Shown in pieces: positions 49,096 through 60,355 of a stretch of 64,000 nucleotides of DNA. The stretch covers positions 32,001-96,000 of the forward strand of contig CAVYYZ010000009.1 in NCBI GenBank assembly GCA_963772835.1. Direction: 5' to 3'. The notes beneath the pieces are model-generated. The model was not told the origin of the DNA, did not search any database, and saw nothing but the letters and a program-made list of their open reading frames with translations. The stretch's first letter is position 1. Each line of letters opens with the position of its first letter. Both the position numbers and the translations under genes were made by a program. The stretch comes from an uncultured delta proteobacterium (GTDB taxonomy: Bacteria; Desulfobacterota; Desulfuromonadia; Geobacterales; Pseudopelobacteraceae).

Positions 49096-50515
49096 TGGCG
49101 CTTTTTGTGAATATGCCGCCGCCATAGCTGTCAGCCCGGATGATATGGCGGCTGTTATGGACTCATACAACAGTTGTTCGGCACTTAATGATGATTTGTT
49201 CGTGAACGACTGGATCCGGCAAGCCCGTCGGAATGCGACCCTCCATTCCATGATTGTCCCGCTGGAAGGGGTGGATGGCTGGAAGTGTGATGACGCAAAC
49301 GGAAATATCTGCCACGAAAGCGGACGCTTTTTCAGCATAATCGGCGTTCGCGTGCGGCATCGTATTGACCGTGACGAAATCGAATGGGATCAGCCGATTA
49401 TTGAACAACCGGAGACCGGTATTCTCGGTATTCTGGCTAAAAAGATAAGCGGTGTTCTCCATTTTTGCCTGCAGGCAAAGGAAGAACCGGGCAACATCGG
49501 CAATATTCAACTTTCTCCGACGGTTCAGGCCACGTACAGCAATTACACGGGAGCCCATGGTGGATCAAGCCCGCAATTCCTCGAGCTGTTCGCCGGGGCT
49601 GGCAATGCAAGAAACCTTTTTGCACGGCTTCAGACGGAAGATGGCGGTCGGTTTCTGTACAAATCAAACCGGAATATGATCGTGGTTGCGACGAATGATT
49701 TCACGCAGGGACTGCCGGACGGCTTTATCTGGCTGACCCTGCGGCAAATTGCTCGTCTGATGAACAAGGACAACCTGATTAACGCCTGTACGCGAAGCAT
49801 CATGTCAAGCATGGTCTTTGCGTCGGAATGCGAGTGGAGAAATAAGCGGCAAACCTTGTTTTGTCACCAGGAACAAGGAATACGTGCCACACTCCAGTGG
49901 CTCGATGATCGCAGGGCAGCAAACCATATGCTGGCTCGGCGTATCGGCCTGAACGATCTGCAGGAATGGCGCATCGATGGCAAGGGTTTTTTCTCACACA
50001 GAGAAAAACGGTTTTTCAGAATAGTAGGGCTGCAGGTTTCTTCCGGGACTCGGGAAGTTCGAAGCTGGGGACAACCGATCATAGAAAACCCGGCCGCCGG
50101 GATCATCGGTCTGTTGATGAGGAACGGTATTCATGGCACTGAGCTATTGATGCAGGCCAAAGCCGAGATCGGCAACCGGAGTACCGTGCAGCTTGGCCCA
50201 ACGGTCCAGTTTACCCAGGGGAACTATGAGGGTAGCCGGAAACTGAAAAAACCGTTCCTGTTCGATGAATTTCTGGAGCCGGCAGAGTATCGCCTTGTTC
50301 ACGAAAGCAGCCAGACCGAGGAGGGTGCGCGCTTTTATCGGGAATATCATCTGCACCGGATCCTGATGCTACCGGATGGCATGACCATGGCGGCTCCACC
50401 CGATTATCGGTGGCTCCCGCTGGAGCAGGTCATGTTTCTGGTTCATCTGGGTGAGCAGGTCAACTCCTGTGCCCGGAGTGTTTTGTCATGCCTGCTCTGT
50501 CGGGAGGCTGCATGA
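49085..50515 (+). CDS. NDP-hexose 2,3-dehydratase
   Basis: Duplicated domain with FF.I.G, WxQPII, LQAK.E.GN, QL.PTVQ and TE(D/E)G.RF motifs. Confidence 0.92.
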   Translation: MASDGAFCEYAAAIAVSPDDMAAVMDSYNSCSALNDDLFVNDWIRQARRNATLHSMIVPLEGVDGWKCDDANGNICHESGRFFSIIGVRVRHRIDRDEIEWDQPIIEQPETGILGILAKKISGVLHFCLQAKEEPGNIGNIQLSPTVQATYSNYTGAHGGSSPQFLELFAGAGNARNLFARLQTEDGGRFLYKSNRNMIVVATNDFTQGLPDGFIWLTLRQIARLMNKDNLINACTRSIMSSMVFASECEWRNKRQTLFCHQEQGIRATLQWLDDRRAANHMLARRIGLNDLQEWRIDGKGFFSHREKRFFRIVGLQVSSGTREVRSWGQPIIENPAAGIIGLLMRNGIHGTELLMQAKAEIGNRSTVQLGPTVQFTQGNYEGSRKLKKPFLFDEFLEPAEYRLVHESSQTEEGARFYREYHLHRILMLPDGMTMAAPPDYRWLPLEQVMFLVHLGEQVNSCARSVLSCLLCREAA

Positions 50516-51486
50516 TCCGGGTCGGTGTCCTCGGTTATTCCGACATTGCCCGCCGCAAATTCATCCCCGCTCTACTGAAAAGCGAGCAAGCAGTTCTTGT
50601 TGCCTTGGCGAGCAGCCGGCCGGACAGGGCAGTTTCCCTGGCAGCCGGTTTGTCGGTGATGTTGATGACATATCAGGAGCTTGTCAGTGACCCTGCCATT
50701 GATCTGGTTTACATTTCACTCCCCAATCATCTTCATGAAGAATGGAGTATTCGTGCGCTGGAGCAGGGCAAACACGTAATCTGTGAAAAACCGCTTGGCC
50801 TGAGTGCTGCGTCAGTCAACCGCATGCTGAAAGCTGCCGACAGGCATGGCAGGCTCCTGTTTGAGAACCTCATGTACCTGCAGCACCCGCAGCACAAGGC
50901 GGTGAAAGCGCTCATCGCGGCAGGAACTATCGGGCGGGTTCTCTCCCTGCTGAGCGAATTTGCCTTTCCGGGGCCACCCGAAGGAGATTTCAGACATGAC
51001 CCGGCCATGGGCGGCGGAGCGTTCCATGATATGAATCGCTACCCGCTAAGCGCTGCCCAGTATTTTCTCGTAGGAAAGATGCACCGTTGCTTCCAGGGCA
51101 GTGCGGATATAGAGGACGGGCTTACCATGTCACTCCAAGCCGATTCCATTACAGAGGCGGGGGAAACGTTCTCGTTTCTGACCGCATTCGGCCTGCCGTA
51201 CCGATCATTCTACGAGATCAGCGGAGAGCAGGGTTTCATAAGGGTAGAGCGAGCCTACACCACTCCGGCAGAGATGGAGAGCAGAATCACAGTGATGGTA
51301 CAGGGCGGGGACGAGTCATTCAACGTGCCGCCAAGTGATCATTTTTTGGATACCATCGAGCACGTATGCGGATTGATACGGAGTGACCAGTGGAGAGCGG
51401 AACATCAGCAGTCGCAGAATCTGGCCTCACTAGCTGACATGTTTCATGACAACTGTATTCAGGAGAGACTGGAACATGACGCGTAA
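50512..51486 (+). CDS. Gfo/Idh/MocA oxidoreductase (NDP-hexose ketoreductase-like)
   Basis: VGVLG..DIARR, VYISLPN.LH, HVICEKP, HPQH, GGGAF.D..RYP. Confidence 0.87.
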   Translation: MIRVGVLGYSDIARRKFIPALLKSEQAVLVALASSRPDRAVSLAAGLSVMLMTYQELVSDPAIDLVYISLPNHLHEEWSIRALEQGKHVICEKPLGLSAASVNRMLKAADRHGRLLFENLMYLQHPQHKAVKALIAAGTIGRVLSLLSEFAFPGPPEGDFRHDPAMGGGAFHDMNRYPLSAAQYFLVGKMHRCFQGSADIEDGLTMSLQADSITEAGETFSFLTAFGLPYRSFYEISGEQGFIRVERAYTTPAEMESRITVMVQGGDESFNVPPSDHFLDTIEHVCGLIRSDQWRAEHQQSQNLASLADMFHDNCIQERLEHDA

Positions 51487-52600
51487 CAGATCGAAGATCA
51501 GATATTGGAACTATCTTGAGGATTACGCCGCGCACCGCGAAGAATATTTGCGGGCAGTTGACACCGTGTTCTCGTCCGGCCGCCTGATCCTGGGACAACA
51601 GGTTGCTTCCTTCGAGAATCGTTTCGCCGAGTATTGCGGGGCAGTATCTGCCATAGGGGTGAATTCCTGCACTGACGCTATTTTTCTCGCCCTTAAAGCA
51701 TTGGGCATCTGTCCGGGTGACGAGGTCGTTACGGTATCAAATACTGCAGTGCCTACCGTGGCCGCAATCAGGGCCACCGGCGCGGTGCCGGCGTTTGTGG
51801 ATGTGGAGGAGGACACCTTCCTGATGGATGTGTCATTATTCGACAGGGTCATAACCCGTCGTACACGCTGCATCCTGCCGGTGCATCTGACCGGACAGAT
51901 GGCAGACATGCTGCCGCTACTGGAGTTCGCCAACTGCTACGGTCTCTCCGTGGTTGAGGATTGCGCCCAGGCGTGCGGTGCCACCTATAACAGTCGCCAT
52001 GCCGGCAGTCTTGGTGATGCCGGAGCATTCTCCTTTTATCCTACCAAGGTACTGGGGGCTTTTGGCGATGGTGGTGCTGTGATTACAAACCGACCGGATC
52101 TCGCCCAGCGAGTGAAGCGGTTGCGGATGTATGGTATGGATAGTGCCTATTATGCCGAGGGGGAGGGGTATAACTCCCGGTTGGATGAAGTGCAGGCTGC
52201 CATCCTGAATCAGAAGCTGCCGGGTTTGGATGCGTCGATAGAGCAGCGGCGGCGTATCGCCCGCATCTATGACGACGGTCTGGCCGGAGTTGGCGATATT
52301 TCCCTCCCTGCTGTCCGGGAGGGGCGCAGTCACCAGTATTACCTCTACACCATAAGGACCGGACGACGGAACAAATTGATGAATTATCTGGCGGAGCAGG
52401 GGATAGAATCCAAGGTCAATTATCCCGACCCAATCCATCTGATGCGTGGATACCGTTTTCTGGGATACAACCACGGCAGCCTTCCTGTCACAGAACGGCT
52501 GGCAGAGACAATTCTCTCGTTGCCAATGTACCCGGAACTACCGCAAGAACATGCCGCGGACGTAGTTAAAGCCATCAGGCGCTTCTTTGCCGGAAAGTGA
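51476..52600 (+). CDS. DegT/DnrJ/EryC1 sugar aminotransferase (EvaB/DnrJ-like N-terminus)
   Basis: WNYLEDY...VDTVFSSGRLILG, EDCAQA, SFYPTKVLGAFGDGG, NSRLDEVQA. Confidence 0.92.
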   Translation: MTRNRSKIRYWNYLEDYAAHREEYLRAVDTVFSSGRLILGQQVASFENRFAEYCGAVSAIGVNSCTDAIFLALKALGICPGDEVVTVSNTAVPTVAAIRATGAVPAFVDVEEDTFLMDVSLFDRVITRRTRCILPVHLTGQMADMLPLLEFANCYGLSVVEDCAQACGATYNSRHAGSLGDAGAFSFYPTKVLGAFGDGGAVITNRPDLAQRVKRLRMYGMDSAYYAEGEGYNSRLDEVQAAILNQKLPGLDASIEQRRRIARIYDDGLAGVGDISLPAVREGRSHQYYLYTIRTGRRNKLMNYLAEQGIESKVNYPDPIHLMRGYRFLGYNHGSLPVTERLAETILSLPMYPELPQEHAADVVKAIRRFFAGK

Positions 52601-52606
52601 TCTGGA

Positions 52607-53365
52607 ATGAACCTGATTGAATACACCCGTATGTACGAAGTCGAAGACCGGCACTGGTGGTATGTCGGACTTCACCGACTGATCTTGGCAACCATCCGGC
52701 GAGAGTCACAGCGCCTTGAGAGGCCGCTCAGGATATTTGATGCCGGCTGTGGCACAGGCCGACTCTGTCAGCTTTTGGCGTCTCACGGACACAGTGTGAG
52801 TGGCTGCGACGTGTCGGAGGAGGCGTTACGACTGAGCCGCCTGCGAGGAAACTCGGAAACATTTCTGGCAGATTTGAATGCCATCACGCTTGAACCGGAG
52901 TCCTTTGACGTCATTACTTCTATTGATGTCCTTTATCACACGTGTGTTTCCGATGATGTTGCCGTCATGCGGCGTCTGCAGAGTGCTCTCAAGCCGGGTG
53001 GTTTGTTGATCCTGAATCTGGTTGCGTATGAATTTTTGCGCAGCACGCATGACATCGCGGTACATACACGGGAACGATATTCACGCCGCGTGCTCTGCAA
53101 TCGTTTAAGAACCGCCGGTTTCAATATTGTTACAGCAACGTACCGCGTAAGCCTCCTGTTCCCCTTCATTGCGGTGTTCCGGCTGTTGTCACGAAGGACC
53201 GTACGTCAAGATACTGACGTGGGTGATGTGGCTTCGGACGTAGCCTTGCCACATCGGGTGATTAACGTCCTGCTGGTGAAAATAATTGAATTGGAGAATT
53301 CGATTCTTAGAGTGACGCCGCTACCTTTTGGCAGTTCAGTATTCGTAGTAGCTCGTAAACAGTAA
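52607..53365 (+). CDS. Class I SAM-dependent methyltransferase
   Basis: E..HWWY, FDAGCGTG, DVLYH, LKPGG. Confidence 0.88.
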   Translation: MNLIEYTRMYEVEDRHWWYVGLHRLILATIRRESQRLERPLRIFDAGCGTGRLCQLLASHGHSVSGCDVSEEALRLSRLRGNSETFLADLNAITLEPESFDVITSIDVLYHTCVSDDVAVMRRLQSALKPGGLLILNLVAYEFLRSTHDIAVHTRERYSRRVLCNRLRTAGFNIVTATYRVSLLFPFIAVFRLLSRRTVRQDTDVGDVASDVALPHRVINVLLVKIIELENSILRVTPLPFGSSVFVVARKQ

Positions 53366-53392
53366 AATTAGTATTAGTGACATGGTGAGGCC

Positions 53393-55360
53393 ATGAAAAG
53401 ACCACGAAAATATATGAAGACTCCTGCTATCGATGCCGATACCAGTCCCATTCAACCGTTACAGCCAGAGATTGACAACAGAAGTCTCTGGCAAGATCCT
53501 TTTGTACATATTCTGCTAATCCTTGCCGCTGGTTTTGTTGTTTATTTTAACTCCATTAATGTACCGTTTATTTTTGATGACCACACTTATCTGGTCAACA
53601 ACCCGGCAATCAAGAATTTCGACTGTTTTCCTGATACACAAAGGGTATTCGAATACGCCATTCATCAAGACATAAAAAACAATCTCATTCTTCGACCCGT
53701 CGCCTATTTCACCTTTGCCGTCAACTACGCACTCCATGGCTTAGGCCTGTTTGGGTATCACATTGTCAATCTGCTTCTCCATATCGGCTGCGGAATACTG
53801 GTATATTGCTTTTTTGCCCAACTGCTGACAACCCCGGCAATGGAATATGGACAAAAACCAGGTAATATCAGGGAAATGAATAATTCGCTCTACCTACCCT
53901 TGTTTGCAGCACTACTGTTCGTCTGCCATCCGATTCAGACCCAGGCGGTAACATATATCATTCAACGTTTTGTTCCGCTGGCCACATTTTTCTATCTTGC
54001 TGCGTTGGTTTTGTATCTTGAATTCCGCCGCGCAGAGACACAAAAATTACGAGTTTTGACATATACTCTCTCATTAATCGCTTCTGTCCTTGCCATGGAA
54101 TCGAAAGAAATTGCCTTTACGCTTCCGGTCATCATCGCTCTGGTTGAATTCATGTTCTTTAGCGGGAACATAGTATCGAGAGTAGCCCGGCTTATACCGT
54201 TTATTCTGACGATGGCAATAATACCCATCAAACTTATGCAACTGTCAGCACCGATAAGCCCCGAAAAAACTGAGAGCATCTCTGGTGCCATAAACCTGGT
54301 AAATTTTGGGAGCATATCGTCTTTCGATTATCTGATGACGCAGTTTGGTGTCATAATCACCTATTTACGACTCCTCTTTCTGCCGATCGGACAGAACTTT
54401 GATTACGATTACCCGTTACAAGTGAGCTTTTTTAAACTTGAGGTTTTGCTTCCGCTTGCCCTGCTTATCGTTATATTTGGGGCTGGCCTCTTTCTTCTGA
54501 ACCGCTCCAAAGAAAACCGGCTCTATAAAATCATAGCATTCGGAATATTCTGGTTTTTCATCACGTTGACTGTTGAATCAAGCATTGTACCGATTGAAGA
54601 CCTGATATTCGAGCACCGTATCTACTTGCCTTCCATCGGCTTTTTTATCTCTTTTCTTGCCAGTGTTGCCGTCATATTTAATCGTTTTGCCAGAAAACCA
54701 ATTGAAAAATCAAAGTTTGCAACCTTACTGCTTATTGGGATGGTAGCAGGTCTCACTTCTACTACTATTTCACGAAACATGGTCTGGCAGGATGAAGTAT
54801 CATTCTGGAATAACGTCGTAATGAAAAGCCCTAACAAGGCCAGGGGCTACGGTGGCTTGGGTGGTGCATTAATACAAAAGTCAAAATATGTTCCTGGTGA
54901 AAATGATAAAAATATGTTGGAAGATATAACATTGCTGAAAGTTGGGAGCGAAAAACAAATACATACTGCGATCTTAGCACTTAAAGATGCCATCAGGATT
55001 GCGCCAAAAAACGCCGTCAATCACCGAGCACTCGCGGAAGCTCTGATCCTTCAGAAAAACTACGATGAAGCGTTACTTTCATTAAAGATAGCATCCGAAC
55101 TGGAGCCTAATAGTGGGAAACCATATGTGATGCGTGGAGAGATCTACGAATCTAAAAAAGACTTCGCACGAGCCCGCCAAGAGTATAAAGAGGCTATCAG
55201 AATAGATCCATTCTACCATGTGTCGCATGTAAAGCTTGCAGGCGTTTACGCCAGAGAAGGGAACGTTCAGGACGCTACCAAGGAGTTAGAATTAGTCATG
55301 CGGATATTCCCTGACGAAGCTGTTCGCAAAAAGCTTGACCGTCTTAAAACGGGGAGATAG
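53393..55360 (+). CDS. TMTC-like GT-C membrane glycosyltransferase with C-terminal TPRs
   Basis: FDD..Y...NP, RP, YH..NLLLH, LF..HP.QTQAV.YI.QR, SKE, EHR.YLPS; TPR repeats; start may be 53414. Confidence 0.82.
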   Translation: MKRPRKYMKTPAIDADTSPIQPLQPEIDNRSLWQDPFVHILLILAAGFVVYFNSINVPFIFDDHTYLVNNPAIKNFDCFPDTQRVFEYAIHQDIKNNLILRPVAYFTFAVNYALHGLGLFGYHIVNLLLHIGCGILVYCFFAQLLTTPAMEYGQKPGNIREMNNSLYLPLFAALLFVCHPIQTQAVTYIIQRFVPLATFFYLAALVLYLEFRRAETQKLRVLTYTLSLIASVLAMESKEIAFTLPVIIALVEFMFFSGNIVSRVARLIPFILTMAIIPIKLMQLSAPISPEKTESISGAINLVNFGSISSFDYLMTQFGVIITYLRLLFLPIGQNFDYDYPLQVSFFKLEVLLPLALLIVIFGAGLFLLNRSKENRLYKIIAFGIFWFFITLTVESSIVPIEDLIFEHRIYLPSIGFFISFLASVAVIFNRFARKPIEKSKFATLLLIGMVAGLTSTTISRNMVWQDEVSFWNNVVMKSPNKARGYGGLGGALIQKSKYVPGENDKNMLEDITLLKVGSEKQIHTAILALKDAIRIAPKNAVNHRALAEALILQKNYDEALLSLKIASELEPNSGKPYVMRGEIYESKKDFARARQEYKEAIRIDPFYHVSHVKLAGVYAREGNVQDATKELELVMRIFPDEAVRKKLDRLKTGR

Positions 55361-55495
55361 TGCATGTTGCCGACTCATCGCCCAACGATTCAGCTACGGG
55401 AGGAACCATTCAGGCCGGATCGGGCAACCGGCGTTTTTTGAATATGTTCAATATTCTGATACACTTATCAAACCCGGGTGGAGGAGAGCGATCAC

Positions 55496-57355
55496 ATGCA
55501 GAATGATTTCCCGTCATGGCAACACGAAATAGGTGCCACTTTACAGACAGACGGGAGTGTTCACTTTGCGGTCTGGGCTCCCAACGTTAAAAAGCTATCT
55601 GTTACATTTCCAGATACTGACCCACATCGTATTGAACTTCTGGAAAAAGACACTGCCGGTTATTTTAGCGGGACGCTTACGGGGATCACAGCAGGTACCC
55701 GCTATCTGTATCAACTGGATGACGGCAGCGAGCGCCCTGATCCGGCTTCCCGCTACCAGCCGGAGGGGGTGCATGGACCATCAGAAATTGTCGCCGCAGA
55801 TAGTCACCCATGGAACGATGGCGACTGGACCGGCAGACCACTGAATGAATATATCATCTACGAACTGCATGTGGGCACGTTTACGCCGGAGGGCACCTTT
55901 GACGGAGTGATCTCCCGTCTCGATTACCTGTGCGAACTCGGCATAACCGCCGTCGAACTGATGCCGGTTGCCCAGTTTCCCGGGGAACGCAACTGGGGTT
56001 ATGACGGTACCTACATCTTTGCTCCCCAGAACAGTTACGGCGGACCGGACGGCCTGAAACGGCTGGTCGATGCCTGTCATGCCAGGGGCCTGGTCGTGAT
56101 TCTGGATGTGGTCTACAACCACCTCGGGCCGGAAGGGAACTATCTGCACGGATATGGTCCCTACTTTACCGACCGATACCGCACCCCCTGGGGAGACGCG
56201 GTCAATTTCGACGGACCCGACAGTGATCCGGTCCGCCACTATTTCATCTCCAATGCCCTCTACTGGATAACCGCATTCCACATCGATGCCCTGCGACTTG
56301 ACGCCGTCCACGGAATCTACGATTTCAGCGCCCTGCACATTCTTCAGGAACTTTCCGAGGCCGTTCACCGACAGGGCACCGCGCTCGGACGCATGGTCCA
56401 CGTTATTGCCGAAAGCGATCTGAACGACGTACGTATGATCAAACCACCGGAGTCAGGAGGGTATGGAGTTGATGCCCAGTGGAACGACGATTTTCATCAT
56501 GCACTCCGTACCTTCCTGACCGGGGAAAAAGCAGGATATTACGGTGACTTCGGCACGTTTCCGGATCTGGTAAAATCCTTTCAGGAGGGGTTTGTTCTCT
56601 CCGGCGGTTATTCATCGTTCAGGAAACGGCGTCATGGCAGTTGTTCCGCAGAGGTTTCACCGGAGCAACTGGTAGTGTTTTCACAGAATCATGATCAGAT
56701 TGGCAACCGGATGCGTGGAGAACGACTGGGCGAACACCTTTCAGCGGAGCAGTTGATGCTCGCCGCTGCAACCGTACTTCTTTCCCCTTACATTCCGCTG
56801 CTCTTCATGGGAGAGGAGTACGCTGAAGCTGCGCCGTTCCCCTATTTCGTCAGCCATGGTGATGCTGCTCTGGTTGAGTCGGTCAGACGTGGTCGACGTG
56901 AAGAGTTTGCTGCTTTTGTGAGTCAGGGCGTTCCCCCGGATCCACAGGATGAGAGCACGTTCCTCTCGGCAGGAGTTGATCAGGAGCAGCGTCGTCACGG
57001 AAAACATAAAAGAATATTCGATTTCTACCGCGATCTGATCCGGCTTCGCAAAGAATTCGCACCACTTACCGGGGAGGGCAGAAAGAAAATACAGGTCGTG
57101 GCCAACAATGGGGAAGCGTTTCTGGCTGTCATCAGAAACGCCGGCCGCAGCCAACTGCTCTGCCTGTTCAACTTCAGCGACCAGAGCCGGGTGATCACTC
57201 CGCCTCTGGCACATGGCACACTGCGAATCCTGCTCGATTCAACCGGCTCATCTCCGCAAGGGAGCTGCATCACCGTCTTTCCCACACGTCCCAACACATT
57301 CCCGACGCTTGCCCCTTTCAGCGTCATTGTCTACATAACTGAAAGGAATAATTGA
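55496..57355 (+). CDS. treZ: Malto-oligosyltrehalose trehalohydrolase
   Basis: YELHVGTF, NWGYDG, LRLDAVH, QNHDQIGNR. Confidence 0.95.
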   Translation: MQNDFPSWQHEIGATLQTDGSVHFAVWAPNVKKLSVTFPDTDPHRIELLEKDTAGYFSGTLTGITAGTRYLYQLDDGSERPDPASRYQPEGVHGPSEIVAADSHPWNDGDWTGRPLNEYIIYELHVGTFTPEGTFDGVISRLDYLCELGITAVELMPVAQFPGERNWGYDGTYIFAPQNSYGGPDGLKRLVDACHARGLVVILDVVYNHLGPEGNYLHGYGPYFTDRYRTPWGDAVNFDGPDSDPVRHYFISNALYWITAFHIDALRLDAVHGIYDFSALHILQELSEAVHRQGTALGRMVHVIAESDLNDVRMIKPPESGGYGVDAQWNDDFHHALRTFLTGEKAGYYGDFGTFPDLVKSFQEGFVLSGGYSSFRKRRHGSCSAEVSPEQLVVFSQNHDQIGNRMRGERLGEHLSAEQLMLAAATVLLSPYIPLLFMGEEYAEAAPFPYFVSHGDAALVESVRRGRREEFAAFVSQGVPPDPQDESTFLSAGVDQEQRRHGKHKRIFDFYRDLIRLRKEFAPLTGEGRKKIQVVANNGEAFLAVIRNAGRSQLLCLFNFSDQSRVITPPLAHGTLRILLDSTGSSPQGSCITVFPTRPNTFPTLAPFSVIVYITERNN

Positions 57356-60342
57356 TGAAAAAAGGGCTCAGAATACCGGCATCAACCTACCGGCTTCAGT
57401 TCAACGAACACTTCAAGTTCCGTGACGCCAGAGAAATAGTTTCGTATCTGCAGACCCTCGGCGTCAGCGATATCTACGCATCGCCCTACTTCAAGGCACA
57501 GGAGGGGAGTCTTCACGGCTACGACATACTGGACCAGAACTGCCTGAATCCGGAAGTCGGCACCGAAGTTGAGTACGAAGCACTGATCGATGAACTGTTG
57601 CGATGTAAAATGGGACATATCCTCGATATCGTCCCGAACCATATGTGCATCGAAGGGCCCGGCAATACCTACTGGATGGATGTGCTGGAAAACGGCCCTA
57701 GTTCTACCTATGCCGGTTTTTTTGATATCGACTGGCATCCTGCCAAAAAAGAGCTGGAGAACAAAATTCTGATCCCTATTTTGGGAGACCAGTACGGCTC
57801 GGTACTCGAAAACGGCGAACTGCAACTATCCTTTGAAGAGGGGTCCTTTTTTGTGTGCTACTACGATCACAAATTACCGGTCATACCCAAGACCTACAGT
57901 AATATCCTGACACTTGAAATAGCGACTCTTGAACATGAACTTACTGTCACAGCACCCCAGTTCCAGGAGCTTATGAGCGTTGTGACAGCGCTCAGGCATC
58001 TGCCGCCCGCAACTGAGAAAAATCCTGAAAGGATTACAGAGCGCTATCGCGAAAAAGAGGTTGTCAAGCGGCGGCTCTGGAGCCTTTATCAGAACAGCAG
58101 CGCAATCAGGGAGTTCATAGATACCAATGTGACGACCTTCAACGGGACACGGGGGGACCCTCGCAGTTTTGATCTGCTGGACTCACTTCTTCGGGAACAG
58201 GTCTATCGCATTTCCCACTGGCGGGTTGCAACCGAGGAGATCAACTACCGGAGATTCTTCGATATCAATTCCCTCGGGGCCATCAGAGTGGAGGATCCTG
58301 CCGTCTTCGAAGAGACGCACCGTCTTATTTTCAAACTGGTGGAAACAGGTAAGATTACCGGTTTGCGAATCGATCACGCCGATGGTTTACGTGACCCTGA
58401 AGATTATATCAGGCGCCTTCAATCAGGCTGTTTCTCACGGATGTATGCAGGAGCTATCGATACAGACAACTGTGAAGAGAACGTTGAAACAGCAGTGAGA
58501 GATAAATACGACAGAGTCGTGGGCGCAGACCCCTCCTACAAGCCGTTCTACATCATTGCGGAAAAAATCCTCCTCAAAGCCGAGAGGCTGCCGGACAGCT
58601 GGCTGGTGTTCAACACCACCGGGTACGATTTTGCCAATCAGGTTAACGGCCTGTTTGTGGACACCTCTAATGCAAAACTGTTTGATGCCCTGTATACCCG
58701 ATTTATCCAGCACCGCATTGACTTCCAGGACGCCGTCTACGAAAAGAAGAAACTCGTCATGCAGGTAACAATGTCGAGCGAAGTCAATACTCTGGGGTAC
58801 TACCTGAACAGAATATCCGAACAGAACAGACATACGCGCGATTTTACCCTTAACAGCCTGATCAAGTCGATCGTTGAAGTGATCGCATATTTCCCGGTGT
58901 ACCGGACGTACACCAACAGTTTTGAAGTTCTGGAGCGGGATTGTCAGTACATTGAGTCAACGATCGGCAGGGCGAAACGTCAGAACCCGGCGATCAGCAC
59001 ATCGATTTTTGATTTCATCCGTGATGTCCTTTTACTTCGTTTTCCGGACACCATTACTGACGAAAACAAGAACGCGTGGCTTGATTTTGTGATGCGGTTT
59101 CAGCAGATTACCAGCCCGGTCATGGCAAAGGGGGTCGAGGACACGGCATTCTATCTGTACAATAGGCTTGTTTCCCTGAACGAGGTGGGGGGAAGTCCGG
59201 AGCGGTTCGGTATCTCACTGGAAGCGTTTCATGGGCAGAATATTGAACGATGCAAAAGCAGACCGCTGGCCATGCTGGCCACTTCGACCCACGACACCAA
59301 GCGGAGCGAAGATGTCCGGGCACGGATATCCGTACTCTCTGAAATTCCCGAATTATGGCGGGAGGGTCTTTCCCGCTGGGGCCGACAGAACCGTAAACTG
59401 AAGATGATTGTCGACGGGAAACCTGCTCCGAGCCGCAATGAGGAGTATTTGCTTTACCAGACTCTGGTGGGAACCTGGCCCTTCAACAGCATTGAAGATG
59501 CCGGCTTCGCAGATTTTAGAACCCGGATGAAGGCGTACATGCTGAAAGCCATGCGGGAAGCCAAGGTACACACCAGCTGGATAAGCCCCAACACCCTGCG
59601 TGAGGATGCGGTGATGTATTTTATCGACTCGATCCTTAAAGACACCCCGAACAATATTTTTCTCCACGATTTTGCATCATTCCAACGCCTGACCTCTGCC
59701 TGCGGTGTCTTTAACTCTCTTTCCCAGACACTCCTCAAAATCACGTCTCCAGGGATTCCTGATTTCTACCAGGGGAACGAATTATGGGATTTCAGTCTGG
59801 TTGACCCTGATAACCGTCGTCAGATCGATTACCGCCTACGTACACGTCTGCTCGATGAACTTGTGCGAAAGGAATCTGCAGAAGGTGCCCTGACAACTGC
59901 ACGGGATGTGGTTGAAACACGAAACGACGGCCGCATAAAACTGTACCTGACGTATAAGGCGCTCAACTTTCGCCGCGAAAACCGTGATTTGTTCGAATCG
60001 GGAAGATACCTGCCGCTGGTTGTGGAAGGCCCCTGCCGGGAACATGTCTGCGCATTCGAACGCTCGGTCAACGGCAGGTCAGTCATGGTGGTGGTGCCTC
60101 GTTTTTGCTCCAGCCTGATTCAGGACAGCACCGGACTTCCGCTGGGAGGGGAAGTATGGCAGGACACCGTCATAATTCAACAGTTCGACATTGCAACAAG
60201 CCGCTACCGCAACGTTTTTACCGGTGAAGTCCTGGACCTCAATCAACAGGAAGGTCGTCTGAGCCTGGCTCTTCGGGACATACTCGCGGTGTATCCGGTT
60301 GCCCTGCTGGAGCGGCTGAACCGCAGCAGTGAAACTGTGTAA
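57352..60342 (+). CDS. treY: Malto-oligosyltrehalose synthase
   Basis: [44 protein letters not shown]. Confidence 0.95.
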   Translation: MMKKGLRIPASTYRLQFNEHFKFRDAREIVSYLQTLGVSDIYASPYFKAQEGSLHGYDILDQNCLNPEVGTEVEYEALIDELLRCKMGHILDIVPNHMCIEGPGNTYWMDVLENGPSSTYAGFFDIDWHPAKKELENKILIPILGDQYGSVLENGELQLSFEEGSFFVCYYDHKLPVIPKTYSNILTLEIATLEHELTVTAPQFQELMSVVTALRHLPPATEKNPERITERYREKEVVKRRLWSLYQNSSAIREFIDTNVTTFNGTRGDPRSFDLLDSLLREQVYRISHWRVATEEINYRRFFDINSLGAIRVEDPAVFEETHRLIFKLVETGKITGLRIDHADGLRDPEDYIRRLQSGCFSRMYAGAIDTDNCEENVETAVRDKYDRVVGADPSYKPFYIIAEKILLKAERLPDSWLVFNTTGYDFANQVNGLFVDTSNAKLFDALYTRFIQHRIDFQDAVYEKKKLVMQVTMSSEVNTLGYYLNRISEQNRHTRDFTLNSLIKSIVEVIAYFPVYRTYTNSFEVLERDCQYIESTIGRAKRQNPAISTSIFDFIRDVLLLRFPDTITDENKNAWLDFVMRFQQITSPVMAKGVEDTAFYLYNRLVSLNEVGGSPERFGISLEAFHGQNIERCKSRPLAMLATSTHDTKRSEDVRARISVLSEIPELWREGLSRWGRQNRKLKMIVDGKPAPSRNEEYLLYQTLVGTWPFNSIEDAGFADFRTRMKAYMLKAMREAKVHTSWISPNTLREDAVMYFIDSILKDTPNNIFLHDFASFQRLTSACGVFNSLSQTLLKITSPGIPDFYQGNELWDFSLVDPDNRRQIDYRLRTRLLDELVRKESAEGALTTARDVVETRNDGRIKLYLTYKALNFRRENRDLFESGRYLPLVVEGPCREHVCAFERSVNGRSVMVVVPRFCSSLIQDSTGLPLGGEVWQDTVIIQQFDIATSRYRNVFTGEVLDLNQQEGRLSLALRDILAVYPVALLERLNRSSETV

Positions 60343-60355
60343 AGGAGTTATATTC

